Below are positions 1 through 8,550 of a DNA stretch of 31,483 bases, in pieces; position 1 is the stretch's first letter; the number at the start of each line of letters is the position of its first letter. The notes under the pieces were generated by a model. That model had not been told where the DNA came from and did not search any database. It was given only the letters and a program-made list of their open reading frames with translations. Source of the stretch: an uncultured Parafilimonas sp. (GTDB taxonomy: Bacteria; Bacteroidota; Bacteroidia; Chitinophagales; Chitinophagaceae); assembly GCA_964598675.1 (NCBI GenBank), contig CAZRDD010000002.1:1-31483 (forward strand), written 5' to 3'. The position numbers and the translations under genes are program-made.

Positions 1-565
1 CGGAGGCAAGGCCATTGTGTACTTCCCCTTCTTCCAGCACAATTTCTTTTTCTTCGCAAAGCAAAACGTTCAGGCCGCTAAAATCTTTCAGCAACTCCCC
101 GGCACTGTACAACAGGCTTACATCTTCAGGGCCGCCGCATAAATTATACAACTGCTTTCTTGAAAAAGCTTCTATAATAATGTAGCCACCAGGTTTAAGT
201 GAGTTGAACAACTCTCTGTGAAATGATTTGCGCAACGCTTCGGGCAGGTGTACATATACCAGTGCTATAACATCGTACAACTTACGGGCTTTATAATCTG
301 CAATATCTTTTAATTCGTAGTGCAGCATTACGCCAGCTATTTCAGCATTTTCGGCTGCATTGCTCCTGGCTACTTCACTAAAATCAAAAGCCTCAACGCC
401 CCAGCCGTTTTTAGCGGCATAAATGGCGTTGCGGCCTTCGCCTTCTCCAGGCAACAAAATACGGCCAGCAGGCTGGCCATCAATAAATTGCTTAAAAAAT
501 TGGTTGGGCAGTTCGCCGTAAAAGGTATCGTGGGCGGTGTAGCGGTTGTCCCAAAATGTTTTCAT
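1..565 (-). CDS. Class I SAM-dependent methyltransferase (TehB/TPMT-like), 3' end truncated by the window edge; absent from the ORF track
   Basis: Manual translation from ATG at 565: MKTFWDNRYTAHDTFYGELPNQFF...RILLPGEGEGRNAIYAAKNGWGVEAFDFS...LKPGGYIIIEAF. SAM motif I (LLPGEGEGRN), an acidic post-I residue and LKPGG are present, and the frame is open to position 1. Confidence 0.9.
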   Translation of the reverse strand, partial: MKTFWDNRYTAHDTFYGELPNQFFKQFIDGQPAGRILLPGEGEGRNAIYAAKNGWGVEAFDFSEVARSNAAENAEIAGVMLHYELKDIADYKARKLYDVIALVYVHLPEALRKSFHRELFNSLKPGGYIIIEAFSRKQLYNLCGGPEDVSLLYSAGELLKDFSGLNVLLCEEKEIVLEEGEVHNGLAS

Positions 566-613
566 AACATTTATTTTCAAGTTGCAAAGGTTATGCAGGC
601 TTGTAAAATAAAG

Positions 614-629
614 TATGACTTATGTCACG
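614..629. promoter_or_regulatory. Candidate Crp/Fnr-family box upstream of the methyltransferase
   Basis: TATGA-CTTATG-TCACG matches TGTGA-N6-TCACA at 8/10, with a perfect TGAC-N4-GTCA core at 616-627, about 50 bp upstream of the ATG at 565. Confidence 0.4.
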
Positions 630-650
630 GCAATTACTGTCAAATATCAT

Positions 651-672
651 TTAGCCTGTGGGGGCAGGCTAA
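651..672 (-). terminator. Hairpin downstream of the RRM gene, probable terminator
   Basis: TTAGCCTG-N6-CAGGCTAA, a perfect 8-bp stem; the U-tail is weak. Confidence 0.45.
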
Positions 673-737
673 TATTATGCATCATTAAAATGCGGAGTAA
701 TAAACTGCTTAATATGCAAGCTGTTTTTAAACAGCGC

Positions 738-1028
738 TTACCACTTTCTGTTACCGCTTTTATCAACAAAAGTAGTTTTCCTGGCTTCTTTTGGCCTTGC
801 CTGGGCTACAAATAAAGGGCGGCCCTGAATTTCTTTGTTGTTGAGTGCGGCAATAGCTTCGTTGGCTTCTGCATCGGAGGGCATATCAACAAATGCAAAC
901 CCGCGTGATTTTTGTGTAAATGCATCTAAAACCAGCTTAGCCGATTTTACTGCACCAAATTTGCCGAAAAGTGTTTTTAAATCATCTTCGGTTGTGTGAA
1001 AACTCACATTAGAAACATACATGTTCAT
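738..1028 (-). CDS. RNA recognition motif (RRM-1) RNA-binding protein
   Basis: RNP2-like MYVSNV and RNP1 RGFAFVDM; single domain with a basic tail (ARPKEARK). Confidence 0.95.
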   Translation of the reverse strand: MNMYVSNVSFHTTEDDLKTLFGKFGAVKSAKLVLDAFTQKSRGFAFVDMPSDAEANEAIAALNNKEIQGRPLFVAQARPKEARKTTFVDKSGNRKW

Positions 1029-1203
1029 AAAAGAAAAAATTTTTAAATAAAATATTAGTGCAGAAAAAACATACTGAAGAGCAATGTATACCAGTAAAAT
1101 TTACGTGGTACTGTTAATGCGCGGGTATATAACTTGTGCTAACGCCATAAAGGTATGGCATTTTACAATATAAATACTGTGATTTAACAAACGGCGGACT
1201 TCG

Positions 1204-2283
1204 TTATTTTACTGCAAGGTTGTTTGATCCAAGCATTTTCATTAAGCGTATATGCGATGCAAGCGCCCCTGCCATTGTTTTATAACTGTGGTAAGGCAGG
1301 TTGAACAACTGGCATTTTTCCTTTACTATTTTGCTGATGGCGGGGTAATGTACATGGCTTATACGGGGGAACAGGTGATGCTCAACCTGGTAGTTTAAAC
1401 CACCTGCAAACCAGGAGATTACTTTGTTTTTTTCGGCAAAGTTGGCAGTGGTTAACACCTCGTGCACAGCCCACTCTTTTTGAATGGTTTTAGGTATATC
1501 GCCAGCCTCTTCAAAAGTGGTTTTTTCAACAACATGCGCCAGTTGAAACACTACCGAAAGTATAAGCCCCATGGTAACATTTACCAGCAGGTAACCTGCC
1601 AGCCATGCACCCCAGCCAACGCAGGCCACGGGTATTACAATATAAAAAAGCACATATAAGGCTTTGCTTGCCCAAAAAATAATGTGTTCCCTAACAGGTA
1701 TTTTCATATCTGTTACCACCACTTTTTTTGAAAAATATTTAATCATATCCGTTAAATACACCCACAATATAGTAGCCATGGAGTATAACAGGAACATGTA
1801 TATAAACTGGTACCTGTGCGCGGGTTTCCATTTTTGCGTGGTGCAATGGCGCAGCAATGGCGACTTTGCAATATCATCATCCATGCCATCTACATTGGTG
1901 TAGGTATGGTGTATAATATTGTGTTTAAGCTTCCAGATAAAAGCATTGCTGCCAAGCGCATTCATGGTTAAGCTCATGGTTTCGTTCACCCATTTTTTAC
2001 CTGAGAAACTGCCGTGGCAGGCATCGTGCATAATGTTAAAAGCAATAGATACCAATGTAAGGCCAAGCACTACTGATAATGCAATACCCACTGCAGCGTG
2101 GTATTGCCCAAACAACAAAAACAAGTACAGCCCAATGCCTAAAGGCAGCAGTATTAATGCTTTAGCGTACAACCTTATGTTGCCTGTTTTTTTAAGCTGG
2201 TTGGTATTAAAATATTCGTCAACCGAATTTTTTAGGGATTTGAAAAAAAACTGTTCTTTATTATTGAAAGAAACTTTAGCCAT
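1204..2283 (-). CDS. Membrane fatty acid (acyl-CoA) desaturase
   Basis: Three His boxes (HDACH, HNIIHH, QVEHH) and hydrophobic transmembrane segments. Confidence 0.95.
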   Translation of the reverse strand: MAKVSFNNKEQFFFKSLKNSVDEYFNTNQLKKTGNIRLYAKALILLPLGIGLYLFLLFGQYHAAVGIALSVVLGLTLVSIAFNIMHDACHGSFSGKKWVNETMSLTMNALGSNAFIWKLKHNIIHHTYTNVDGMDDDIAKSPLLRHCTTQKWKPAHRYQFIYMFLLYSMATILWVYLTDMIKYFSKKVVVTDMKIPVREHIIFWASKALYVLFYIVIPVACVGWGAWLAGYLLVNVTMGLILSVVFQLAHVVEKTTFEEAGDIPKTIQKEWAVHEVLTTANFAEKNKVISWFAGGLNYQVEHHLFPRISHVHYPAISKIVKEKCQLFNLPYHSYKTMAGALASHIRLMKMLGSNNLAVK

Positions 2284-2608
2284 GATAAATACAATTAATC
2301 AGGTGCATAGTTGCACTGCCGAACCCGGTAAATGTATACCTATTAACCCATACTAAAATGGTAAATGTTTGTTGTATTGCCGGGTGCCGCCTTTTAGTGT
2401 CGCCATCAGGGTATATTTAGGCGGTTACCTTTAAATGGTGTACCTTCACCATATTCTTGTAAACTTTTGCATTTCTGTTAATCTTCTTCTATTAAATGCG
2501 CAGCCTGTAATTACACTTAACCGTTAATTAATTACACGTTACCTGAACAAACGGGCTGCACCTCTTTCCAATAGCATTTAACATGTTGAACCTTACCGGT
2601 TTTAAGTT

Positions 2609-2628
2609 GGTACATTAAAAAATGTACC
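2609..2628. promoter_or_regulatory. Perfect 7-6-7 palindrome, candidate operator
   Basis: GGTACAT-TAAAAA-ATGTACC, 51 bp upstream of the 2680 ORF, in the divergent intergenic region. Confidence 0.45.
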
Positions 2629-2679
2629 GCAGGTGGTTATGCAATAAGCCATTAGCAATAACCCATAAAATAATTTGAT

Positions 2680-2940
2680 ATGAATATTGAGCAGATAGAA
2701 AAATTTTTGGGCCGCCAAAAAAGCACCAACGGCCAGCAGGTTAAAATTAGTTTTAAAAAGAAGCAAACCATGTATGGCTTGTTTGTAGAGGCAAAAGATT
2801 ACAACGACCTTAAAGCAAAAAACTTTTGGCGTATTGTTTCTGCGCCAAACATGCAGGCCTGGAACGAATCGAAAGACGCTAACCTGGCCAAAATATTTGA
2901 TGGCTCAGGCTTTTCAAAGCTGGGTGTTAACGATTTATAA
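2680..2940 (+). CDS. Small hypothetical protein, 86 aa, possible Sm/SH3-like beta fold
   Basis: AT-rich leader, clean ORF co-oriented with the next gene, no overlap with other genes, no Rossmann motif. Confidence 0.8.
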   Translation: MNIEQIEKFLGRQKSTNGQQVKISFKKKQTMYGLFVEAKDYNDLKAKNFWRIVSAPNMQAWNESKDANLAKIFDGSGFSKLGVNDL

Positions 2941-2978
2941 GGCTTTACCTGCCATTTAATAACGCAATTGCAAACACC

Positions 2979-3863
2979 ATGGCAGTAAAAATATTAATAC
3001 AGCACACCACCGTATACAGCTATAACAGGCCGGTGGTACTATCAACCCATACCATACGTTTAAAGCCTGCGGCGCATTGCAACACTTTTATTGAGGCATA
3101 CTCGCTTAACATAACACCAGTAAACCACATAATACACTGGTTGCAGGATGTTTATGGAAATTTTGAAGCCAGGGTTGATTTTGTGGGCACGGTTGAGCGG
3201 TTGGAAATAAAGGTTGATATAAAAGCTGTTTTATTACCCGTTAACCCGTTTAATTTTTTTGTGGATGATACAGCACAGAATTATCCCTTTGCCTACAGTA
3301 ATAAACTAAAGAAAGGGCTTGCCCCTTATTTGGATGAAGATACCCATGATGAAGCCATTGTTAGCTGGTTGCAAAAAATAAACACGGCCACTACAGAAAC
3401 AATCAGCTTTCTGAGTATGTTAACCAGTATGGTGTACAACGATATAGCCTATAACGTAAGGTTGCAGCCTGGCGTGCAAACGCCCGGGCAATCGTTAAGC
3501 AGCGGTACCGGCTCCTGCCGCGATTCGGCGTGGCTGCTGGTACAAATACTGCGGCACCTGCACCTGGCAGCGCGTTTTGTATCGGGGTACATTGTGCAGT
3601 TTACCACCGGCATACAGCAGGTGAAATATGGAGAAGGCGGCACCACCGGCCTGCATGCCTGGGCGGAGGTATATATACCCGGCGCAGGTTGGATAGGGCT
3701 TGACCCTTCTAACGGGTTGTTTGCTGCCGAGGGGTATGTGCCATTGGCCTGCACCCCACATTTTGAGGATGCTGCTGCTGTTACAGGTACCAGCGAAGTG
3801 TGTGAAACGGAACTTGCCTTCAGTAACAGTGTTACTGTTTTAAGTAACGATAACCTTTTATAA
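2979..3863 (+). CDS. Transglutaminase-like protein (bacterial N-terminal domain plus catalytic core)
   Basis: Catalytic triad motifs GSCRDSAWLL (Cys), LHAWAEVY (His) and GLDPSNG (Asp). Confidence 0.92.
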   Translation: MAVKILIQHTTVYSYNRPVVLSTHTIRLKPAAHCNTFIEAYSLNITPVNHIIHWLQDVYGNFEARVDFVGTVERLEIKVDIKAVLLPVNPFNFFVDDTAQNYPFAYSNKLKKGLAPYLDEDTHDEAIVSWLQKINTATTETISFLSMLTSMVYNDIAYNVRLQPGVQTPGQSLSSGTGSCRDSAWLLVQILRHLHLAARFVSGYIVQFTTGIQQVKYGEGGTTGLHAWAEVYIPGAGWIGLDPSNGLFAAEGYVPLACTPHFEDAAAVTGTSEVCETELAFSNSVTVLSNDNLL

Positions 3864-3928
3864 CAGCATTACCAACAGGCGTTTAGCCCCCACAATACCA
3901 TCTTTATTAGTACAGTTAAACAAACGAT

Positions 3929-4126
3929 ATGTATTCTAAACAAGCAGATAGTTCATTTATTACGGAACAGGCCGCGCGCGATTATGCTGCCCAGCAAACG
4001 GGTGCCAGCAGAAGCCGCCTGTACATTATACTTACAGCGGATAAATATTTTGTTACAGCTACTAAAGATGTGCAGCCTTACGAAAAACTGATAGCCAGTT
4101 TTGTAAATGGCATGGCCAGTAAGTAG
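3929..4126 (+). CDS. Small hypothetical protein, 65 aa
   Basis: A-rich leader (aaacaaacgat ATG), fills the gap after the transglutaminase, and is followed by a hairpin. Confidence 0.6.
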   Translation: MYSKQADSSFITEQAARDYAAQQTGASRSRLYIILTADKYFVTATKDVQPYEKLIASFVNGMASK

Positions 4127-4134
4127 GCTGCCGG

Positions 4135-4159
4135 GGTTATTGGCTGCCCTGCAATAACC
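4135..4159. terminator. Hairpin between convergent genes
   Basis: GGTTATTG-N9-CAATAACC, a perfect 8-bp stem with no U-tract. Confidence 0.35.
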
Positions 4160-4213
4160 AGGGTTGCATATAACTAAGCGGAGGCCAGCCTGAGGGCGAA
4201 ATGTTTACAAGGT

Positions 4214-5845
4214 TTACTCCTGCCGGGGCATTTGCATATCAAGGGTAAGGTCGTTAATATCCCTTTCCAGTTCGGCCTTTTTCAAAGCGCTGTCGCTAAA
4301 AGTCCCCTCTTTATGCATTTTTATAAGCAATTCCCGCTGAAACCTGGCTATTTCCCGCTGCGCGGCCAGCAGGGGCGAAATGGTTTTTTCTGCAATGTCT
4401 TCATCATTCGCCAGCTTCTTTTTATTAATCCTTATCTCTTTTGTAAGTTCATTGGCCTGTTTCTCGAACCTGTTTTTTAACTGCAGCCTGGTGGTGCGGT
4501 CAATTTCCGGCGGAAGGTCGTTTTCAATAAAATCGAGTGTTGCATTGGTTACGTGCAATTTTATGGCGGCTTCTTCCTCATCGTCGTTGCCTGCCGGTTT
4601 TACTTTAAGTATGCGTATAAGCAGGGGCAGCGTTAAACCCTGTACCACCAGCGTAACAAAAATTACTACAAACGATAGAAAGATGATGGCATGCCTCTTA
4701 GGGAAGGCTCCCCCGTTTTCGGTAACCAATGGCAGCGCCAGCGCCGTAGCCAGCGATATAATGCCCCTGGTGCCTGTCCAGGCAACTATCAATACGTTTT
4801 TCCAGGTGCCGGAATCGTCTGTATGGTTGTGTAACCCCCTCTTTCTTTTTCTGAAAACTTTTTGCCAGTAAGCCCCCGCAAACACCCAGAAAATGCGTAC
4901 CAGTATGGTGGCAAGGCTAACCCACAGGCCATCGGCCAGCAGGTTAAATATGTTGTAGTAAATAAGTGTATCGTGTATAACGGCGGGTAACTGCAAGCCA
5001 ATAAGAATAAATATAAATCCGTTTAAAAGGTAAATAAGCGTATCCCACACAATGCGGGTGCGTATGCGCACCTGGTAGGTAAACACTTCCGGCCCGCGCC
5101 ACGACATAATTAGCCCCGTACACACCACCGCCAATACGCCCGATACATGCACATGCTCCGCAGCCAGGTAGGTTACAAACGGGCAAAGCAGGGTAAGGCT
5201 GGTTTCAACAATAAAATTGTTTACTGTTTTTTTATGGGCAAATACAAACAGGTAACCAAAAACAATACCCACGGCAATGCCACCCAATACCACCAGTAAA
5301 AACTGTAGTCCTGCCTGCCATAGCACAAATGAGCCCGTAGTTACAGCAACAATGGCATAGCGGTAAGCAATCAAAGCGGAGGCATCGTTTAGCAGGCTTT
5401 CGCCCTCCAGTATGGTGATGACTTTTTTATTAAGTCCAAGCCCTTTGGTAATGCTGGTGGCTGCTACCGCATCCGGCGGCGAAATAATGGCCCCCAGCAC
5501 AAAAGCAAGCGGCCAGGTAAAGCCCGCAATAAGGTAATGTGCCGTAACGGCCACCGCTGTGGTGGTAAAAAAAACAAGTGATATGGCTAAAGCCGATATG
5601 GGGCGTATTAGTGCCCGCATTTCGTGTACCGAAGTTTTTGAGGCAGCATCGTATAAAAGCGGCGGTAAAAATATTAGAAAAACCACGGGAGGGTCAAGCG
5701 CTAAATCGGGCAATTGCGGTACAAAGCCAATTACCAGGCCTGCCACCACCATCAATATGGGGTATGGCAGTTTGGTTCTGTCTGCCACGGCAGACAAAGC
5801 TATCAGCACCGCCATAATAAAAATCACCACCTTAAATGTTTCCAT
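4214..5845 (-). CDS. CPA1-family Na+/H+ antiporter (YjcE/NhaK-like)
   Basis: Motifs GAIISPPDAVA, LEGESLLNDA and WTGTRGIISLA; many transmembrane segments and a charged helical C-terminal tail. Confidence 0.93.
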   Translation of the reverse strand: METFKVVIFIMAVLIALSAVADRTKLPYPILMVVAGLVIGFVPQLPDLALDPPVVFLIFLPPLLYDAASKTSVHEMRALIRPISALAISLVFFTTTAVAVTAHYLIAGFTWPLAFVLGAIISPPDAVAATSITKGLGLNKKVITILEGESLLNDASALIAYRYAIVAVTTGSFVLWQAGLQFLLVVLGGIAVGIVFGYLFVFAHKKTVNNFIVETSLTLLCPFVTYLAAEHVHVSGVLAVVCTGLIMSWRGPEVFTYQVRIRTRIVWDTLIYLLNGFIFILIGLQLPAVIHDTLIYYNIFNLLADGLWVSLATILVRIFWVFAGAYWQKVFRKRKRGLHNHTDDSGTWKNVLIVAWTGTRGIISLATALALPLVTENGGAFPKRHAIIFLSFVVIFVTLVVQGLTLPLLIRILKVKPAGNDDEEEAAIKLHVTNATLDFIENDLPPEIDRTTRLQLKNRFEKQANELTKEIRINKKKLANDEDIAEKTISPLLAAQREIARFQRELLIKMHKEGTFSDSALKKAELERDINDLTLDMQMPRQE

Positions 5846-5990
5846 ACATTTAAAAATACATAAAAGCAGCCAAACATGGGTAATAGCTGTGTTACGGTTT
5901 TGTATGTTATTATAGTAAATGGCAATACGGCTGCATCCTCATTGTGTGCATGGCTACCTACTTTAATGTCTATTAAGTTAGTAGAATATA

Positions 5991-5998
5991 TATATTTG
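5991..5998 (+). promoter_or_regulatory. Bacteroidota -7 promoter box
   Basis: TATATTTG matches TAnnTTTG, upstream of the DUF1684 gene. Confidence 0.55.
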
Positions 5999-6079
5999 CA
6001 CCTGTTAATGGCATTTTACGCCAAGCTGTATCTTAACAGCTTGCCAGCCATTACACTACATTTATTAAACGCAACATAC

Positions 6080-6985
6080 ATGAAACAACTTTGCCGCCTT
6101 TTTATGCTTTTAACAGCCTGCCTGCTGGTGAACACTTTAGTACTTGGCCAAACACAAACCCCTTACCAAAAGGAGTTGGAAAGCTGGCATACTAACCGCA
6201 TTAAGGCGCTGAAGGCAGACAATGGCTGGCTTAACCTGGTGGGCCTTTATTGGCTGCCCGAAGGTAAAAGCAGCTTTGGCAGCGGCAGCCAGAACAATAT
6301 TATTTTTCCCAAAGGCAGTATTGCAGATGTTGCGGGTTTTATTGAACGTACCGGCAATACGGTAAAGCTTATACCGGCCACTGCCGCAGGTATTGCGGTT
6401 AATGGTGGTGCCGTTAATACAGAGACAATTATTTTTGATGGTGGCGAAGGAAAAACACCCGTTGTATCTGCGGGCAGTTTGCAATGGACGATTATTAAAA
6501 GAGACGATAAAATAGGCATCCGCCTGCGCGACCTTAAAAGCCCGCAGGTAAACAGCTTTACAGGTATTGACCGTTTTAACGTTGATACCACCTGGCGTAT
6601 ACCGGCTAAACTGCAGGCCGAAAGCCAGGCATCAAACATATTTATTACCAACGTTATTGGCCAAACCACTGCACAAAAAAGCCCCGGCAAACTGGTTTTT
6701 ACTGTTAGTAACCAACAGTACACCCTGGATGCCCTTGAAGAAGGCAACGAACTGTTTATTATTTTTGGTGATGCCACCAGTGGAGTAACCACTTACCCTT
6801 CAGGCAGGTTTTTATCGGTTAAAAAGCCCGGCGCAGATGGCCTTACTGTAATTGATTTTAATAAAGCCTACAACCCGCCCTGCGCATTTACTGATTATGC
6901 TACCTGCCCTTTACCCCCCAAACAAAACATTTTACCCATTGCTATAACAGCAGGGGAAAAAAACTACGGCCACCACCTTAAATAG
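6080..6985 (+). CDS. DUF1684 domain protein, exported
   Basis: Signal peptide from ATG 6080 (MKQLCRLFMLL...); C-terminal YPSGRFL and DFNKAYNPPCAF..CPLPP..N.L...I.AGEK. The track start at 5876 is over-extended. Confidence 0.9.
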   Translation: MKQLCRLFMLLTACLLVNTLVLGQTQTPYQKELESWHTNRIKALKADNGWLNLVGLYWLPEGKSSFGSGSQNNIIFPKGSIADVAGFIERTGNTVKLIPATAAGIAVNGGAVNTETIIFDGGEGKTPVVSAGSLQWTIIKRDDKIGIRLRDLKSPQVNSFTGIDRFNVDTTWRIPAKLQAESQASNIFITNVIGQTTAQKSPGKLVFTVSNQQYTLDALEEGNELFIIFGDATSGVTTYPSGRFLSVKKPGADGLTVIDFNKAYNPPCAFTDYATCPLPPKQNILPIAITAGEKNYGHHLK

Positions 6986-7190
6986 GCTGCAAATTTATTG
7001 GTGCATATTGTTTTAGTAAAGCTGTTTAGCCTGGCCCTTGCATTAAACAAGTGGTTTAATAATGCTTATTAAGCCCTAAAAAACTGTGCATGTTATATGC
7101 TGAATTTGCAAACCTGTATTTTATAAAAGCTTCAAACATTTTGTTAAAGTAATTTGTTGTTGTGTATGTATGGTGTTGAGTTACAATAAG

Positions 7191-7241
7191 GTATACTGTT
7201 ATATACTGGTATACTATTGTATATCAGTATATTTTATATAC
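7191..7241. promoter_or_regulatory. Triple operator array upstream of the nitroreductase
   Basis: GTATAY-N3/4-RTATAY boxes start at 7191, 7209 and 7227 (18-bp period). 7201-7232 is a 14-4-14 dyad with one mismatch. Confidence 0.6.
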
Positions 7242-7252
7242 CAATATGCCAA

Positions 7253-7260
7253 TACCTTTG
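7253..7260 (+). promoter_or_regulatory. -7 promoter box of the nitroreductase
   Basis: TACCTTTG, ending 19 nt before ATG 7280. Confidence 0.65.
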
Positions 7261-7279
7261 CTGTACAAATTATAAGACA

Positions 7280-7912
7280 ATGAACATTAATGAAATACTT
7301 ACATGGCGTTATGCCACTAAGAAAATGAATGGCCAAAAAGTAGCACAGGAAAAAGTGGATTATATACTGGAAGCAGCCCGCCTGGCCCCCAGTTCCTCTG
7401 GCCTTCAACCTTACGAAGTATTGGTGATAACCAACAAAGAACTGCTTGAAAAAATTAAACCTATAGCATTTAACCAGGGCCAGGTTACAGACGCATCGCA
7501 CCTGTTGGTATTTGCGGCCTGGGATGGTTATACCGAGGAGCGCGTAAACAACGTATTTAATTTTACCGCTGAACAGCGTGGTGTGCCAGTAAGCAATTTT
7601 GACGACTACAAAAAGAGGTTGTTTGGCTTATTTGGCAACATGACTGCTGAGCAACAGTTTCAGCATGCTGCAAGGCAGGCATATATTGCTTTTGGTGCAG
7701 CCATTATTGCTGCTGCCGAACAGCAGGTGGATGCAACCCCTATGGAAGGGTTTAACGCCGCTGCACTGGATGAACTGCTTAACCTTAAAGCAAAAGGGCT
7801 GCGCAGCGTAACCTTGTTGCCACTGGGTTACCGCGATGCCGCTAACGACTGGCTGGTTAACCAGAAAAAAGTACGTAAGCCAAAAGAAGAATTTGTAATT
7901 GAATTAGCATAA
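7280..7912 (+). CDS. FMN-dependent nitroreductase (NfsB-like NAD(P)H oxidoreductase)
   Basis: WRYATKK, LAPSSSGLQPY, DATPMEGF and LPLGYR motifs. Start moved from 7217 to ATG 7280. Confidence 0.95.
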   Translation: MNINEILTWRYATKKMNGQKVAQEKVDYILEAARLAPSSSGLQPYEVLVITNKELLEKIKPIAFNQGQVTDASHLLVFAAWDGYTEERVNNVFNFTAEQRGVPVSNFDDYKKRLFGLFGNMTAEQQFQHAARQAYIAFGAAIIAAAEQQVDATPMEGFNAAALDELLNLKAKGLRSVTLLPLGYRDAANDWLVNQKKVRKPKEEFVIELA

Positions 7913-7954
7913 TGGTACGGTTGGTTTTGTTGTGCCAATGTACCAGGTAACTTT

Positions 7955-7992
7955 AAAAAGCGCAGGCTTACCGCAAGGGCCTGCGCTTTTTT
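7955..7992. terminator. Bidirectional intrinsic terminator
   Basis: AAAAAGCGCAGGC...GCCTGCGCTTTTTT between convergent genes. Confidence 0.85.
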
Positions 7993-8094
7993 ATTAATTG
8001 GTGTGAAGGAAATAAAAGCATGTTTGTTGACCAAAAGCCTGGAAGCATTTAAAGTAAAAAACATCAAGCAATTCGTGTTGCTTTTTTACTGCTG

Positions 8095-8550
8095 TTATGC
8101 TGCAACAATGCCTTTTTTTATAAAAGCATCAAGTATTAAAAGTGTTTCTGTGGCTTTCTTTTTCACCCTCTTGTTTATAAGGAAAAAACGCACCCAAATG
8201 CCATCGTGATTAAGCAAAATATAATCTGCATTATCTAATATCCAATTACCTTTCCCATACTTGTATTGTTGTAACTGGCCAGCAGCTACAACAAACACTT
8301 TCTTTTGTGCCAAAGGGGTAAAGTATTCAATATATAGTAGTTCATTCTCCACCTGCATACTAATAAAATACTTAACGCGGCTTAAAAGCAGCCTGATTAT
8401 AGATACGGAACAAAAGCCAATACCCACCCCAATATTTACCGGAAATTGTTTGAAAATAAGCTTTGCCGTAAGTATCAGCAGCCAGAATATAAGTACGCCA
8501 AAGTTATTTAGCAAAACCTTGTTTTTTATTTTACGGGTTGAGTTGTTCAT
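8095..8550 (-). CDS. Hypothetical membrane protein (two TM helices plus a beta-rich C-terminal domain)
   Basis: Two hydrophobic segments near the N-terminus; co-oriented 83 bp after the DoxX-like gene; AT-rich. Confidence 0.7.
   Translation of the reverse strand: MNNSTRKIKNKVLLNNFGVLIFWLLILTAKLIFKQFPVNIGVGIGFCSVSIIRLLLSRVKYFISMQVENELLYIEYFTPLAQKKVFVVAAGQLQQYKYGKGNWILDNADYILLNHDGIWVRFFLINKRVKKKATETLLILDAFIKKGIVAA

Noticed and set aside
5876-6079. Long N-terminal extensions given by the track for DUF1684 (also 7217-7279 for the nitroreductase and 24245-24535 for the kinase)
   Set aside because: A -7 promoter box lies inside each extension and the family-like sequence starts at the downstream ATG; the kinase extension also overlaps the divergent gene.
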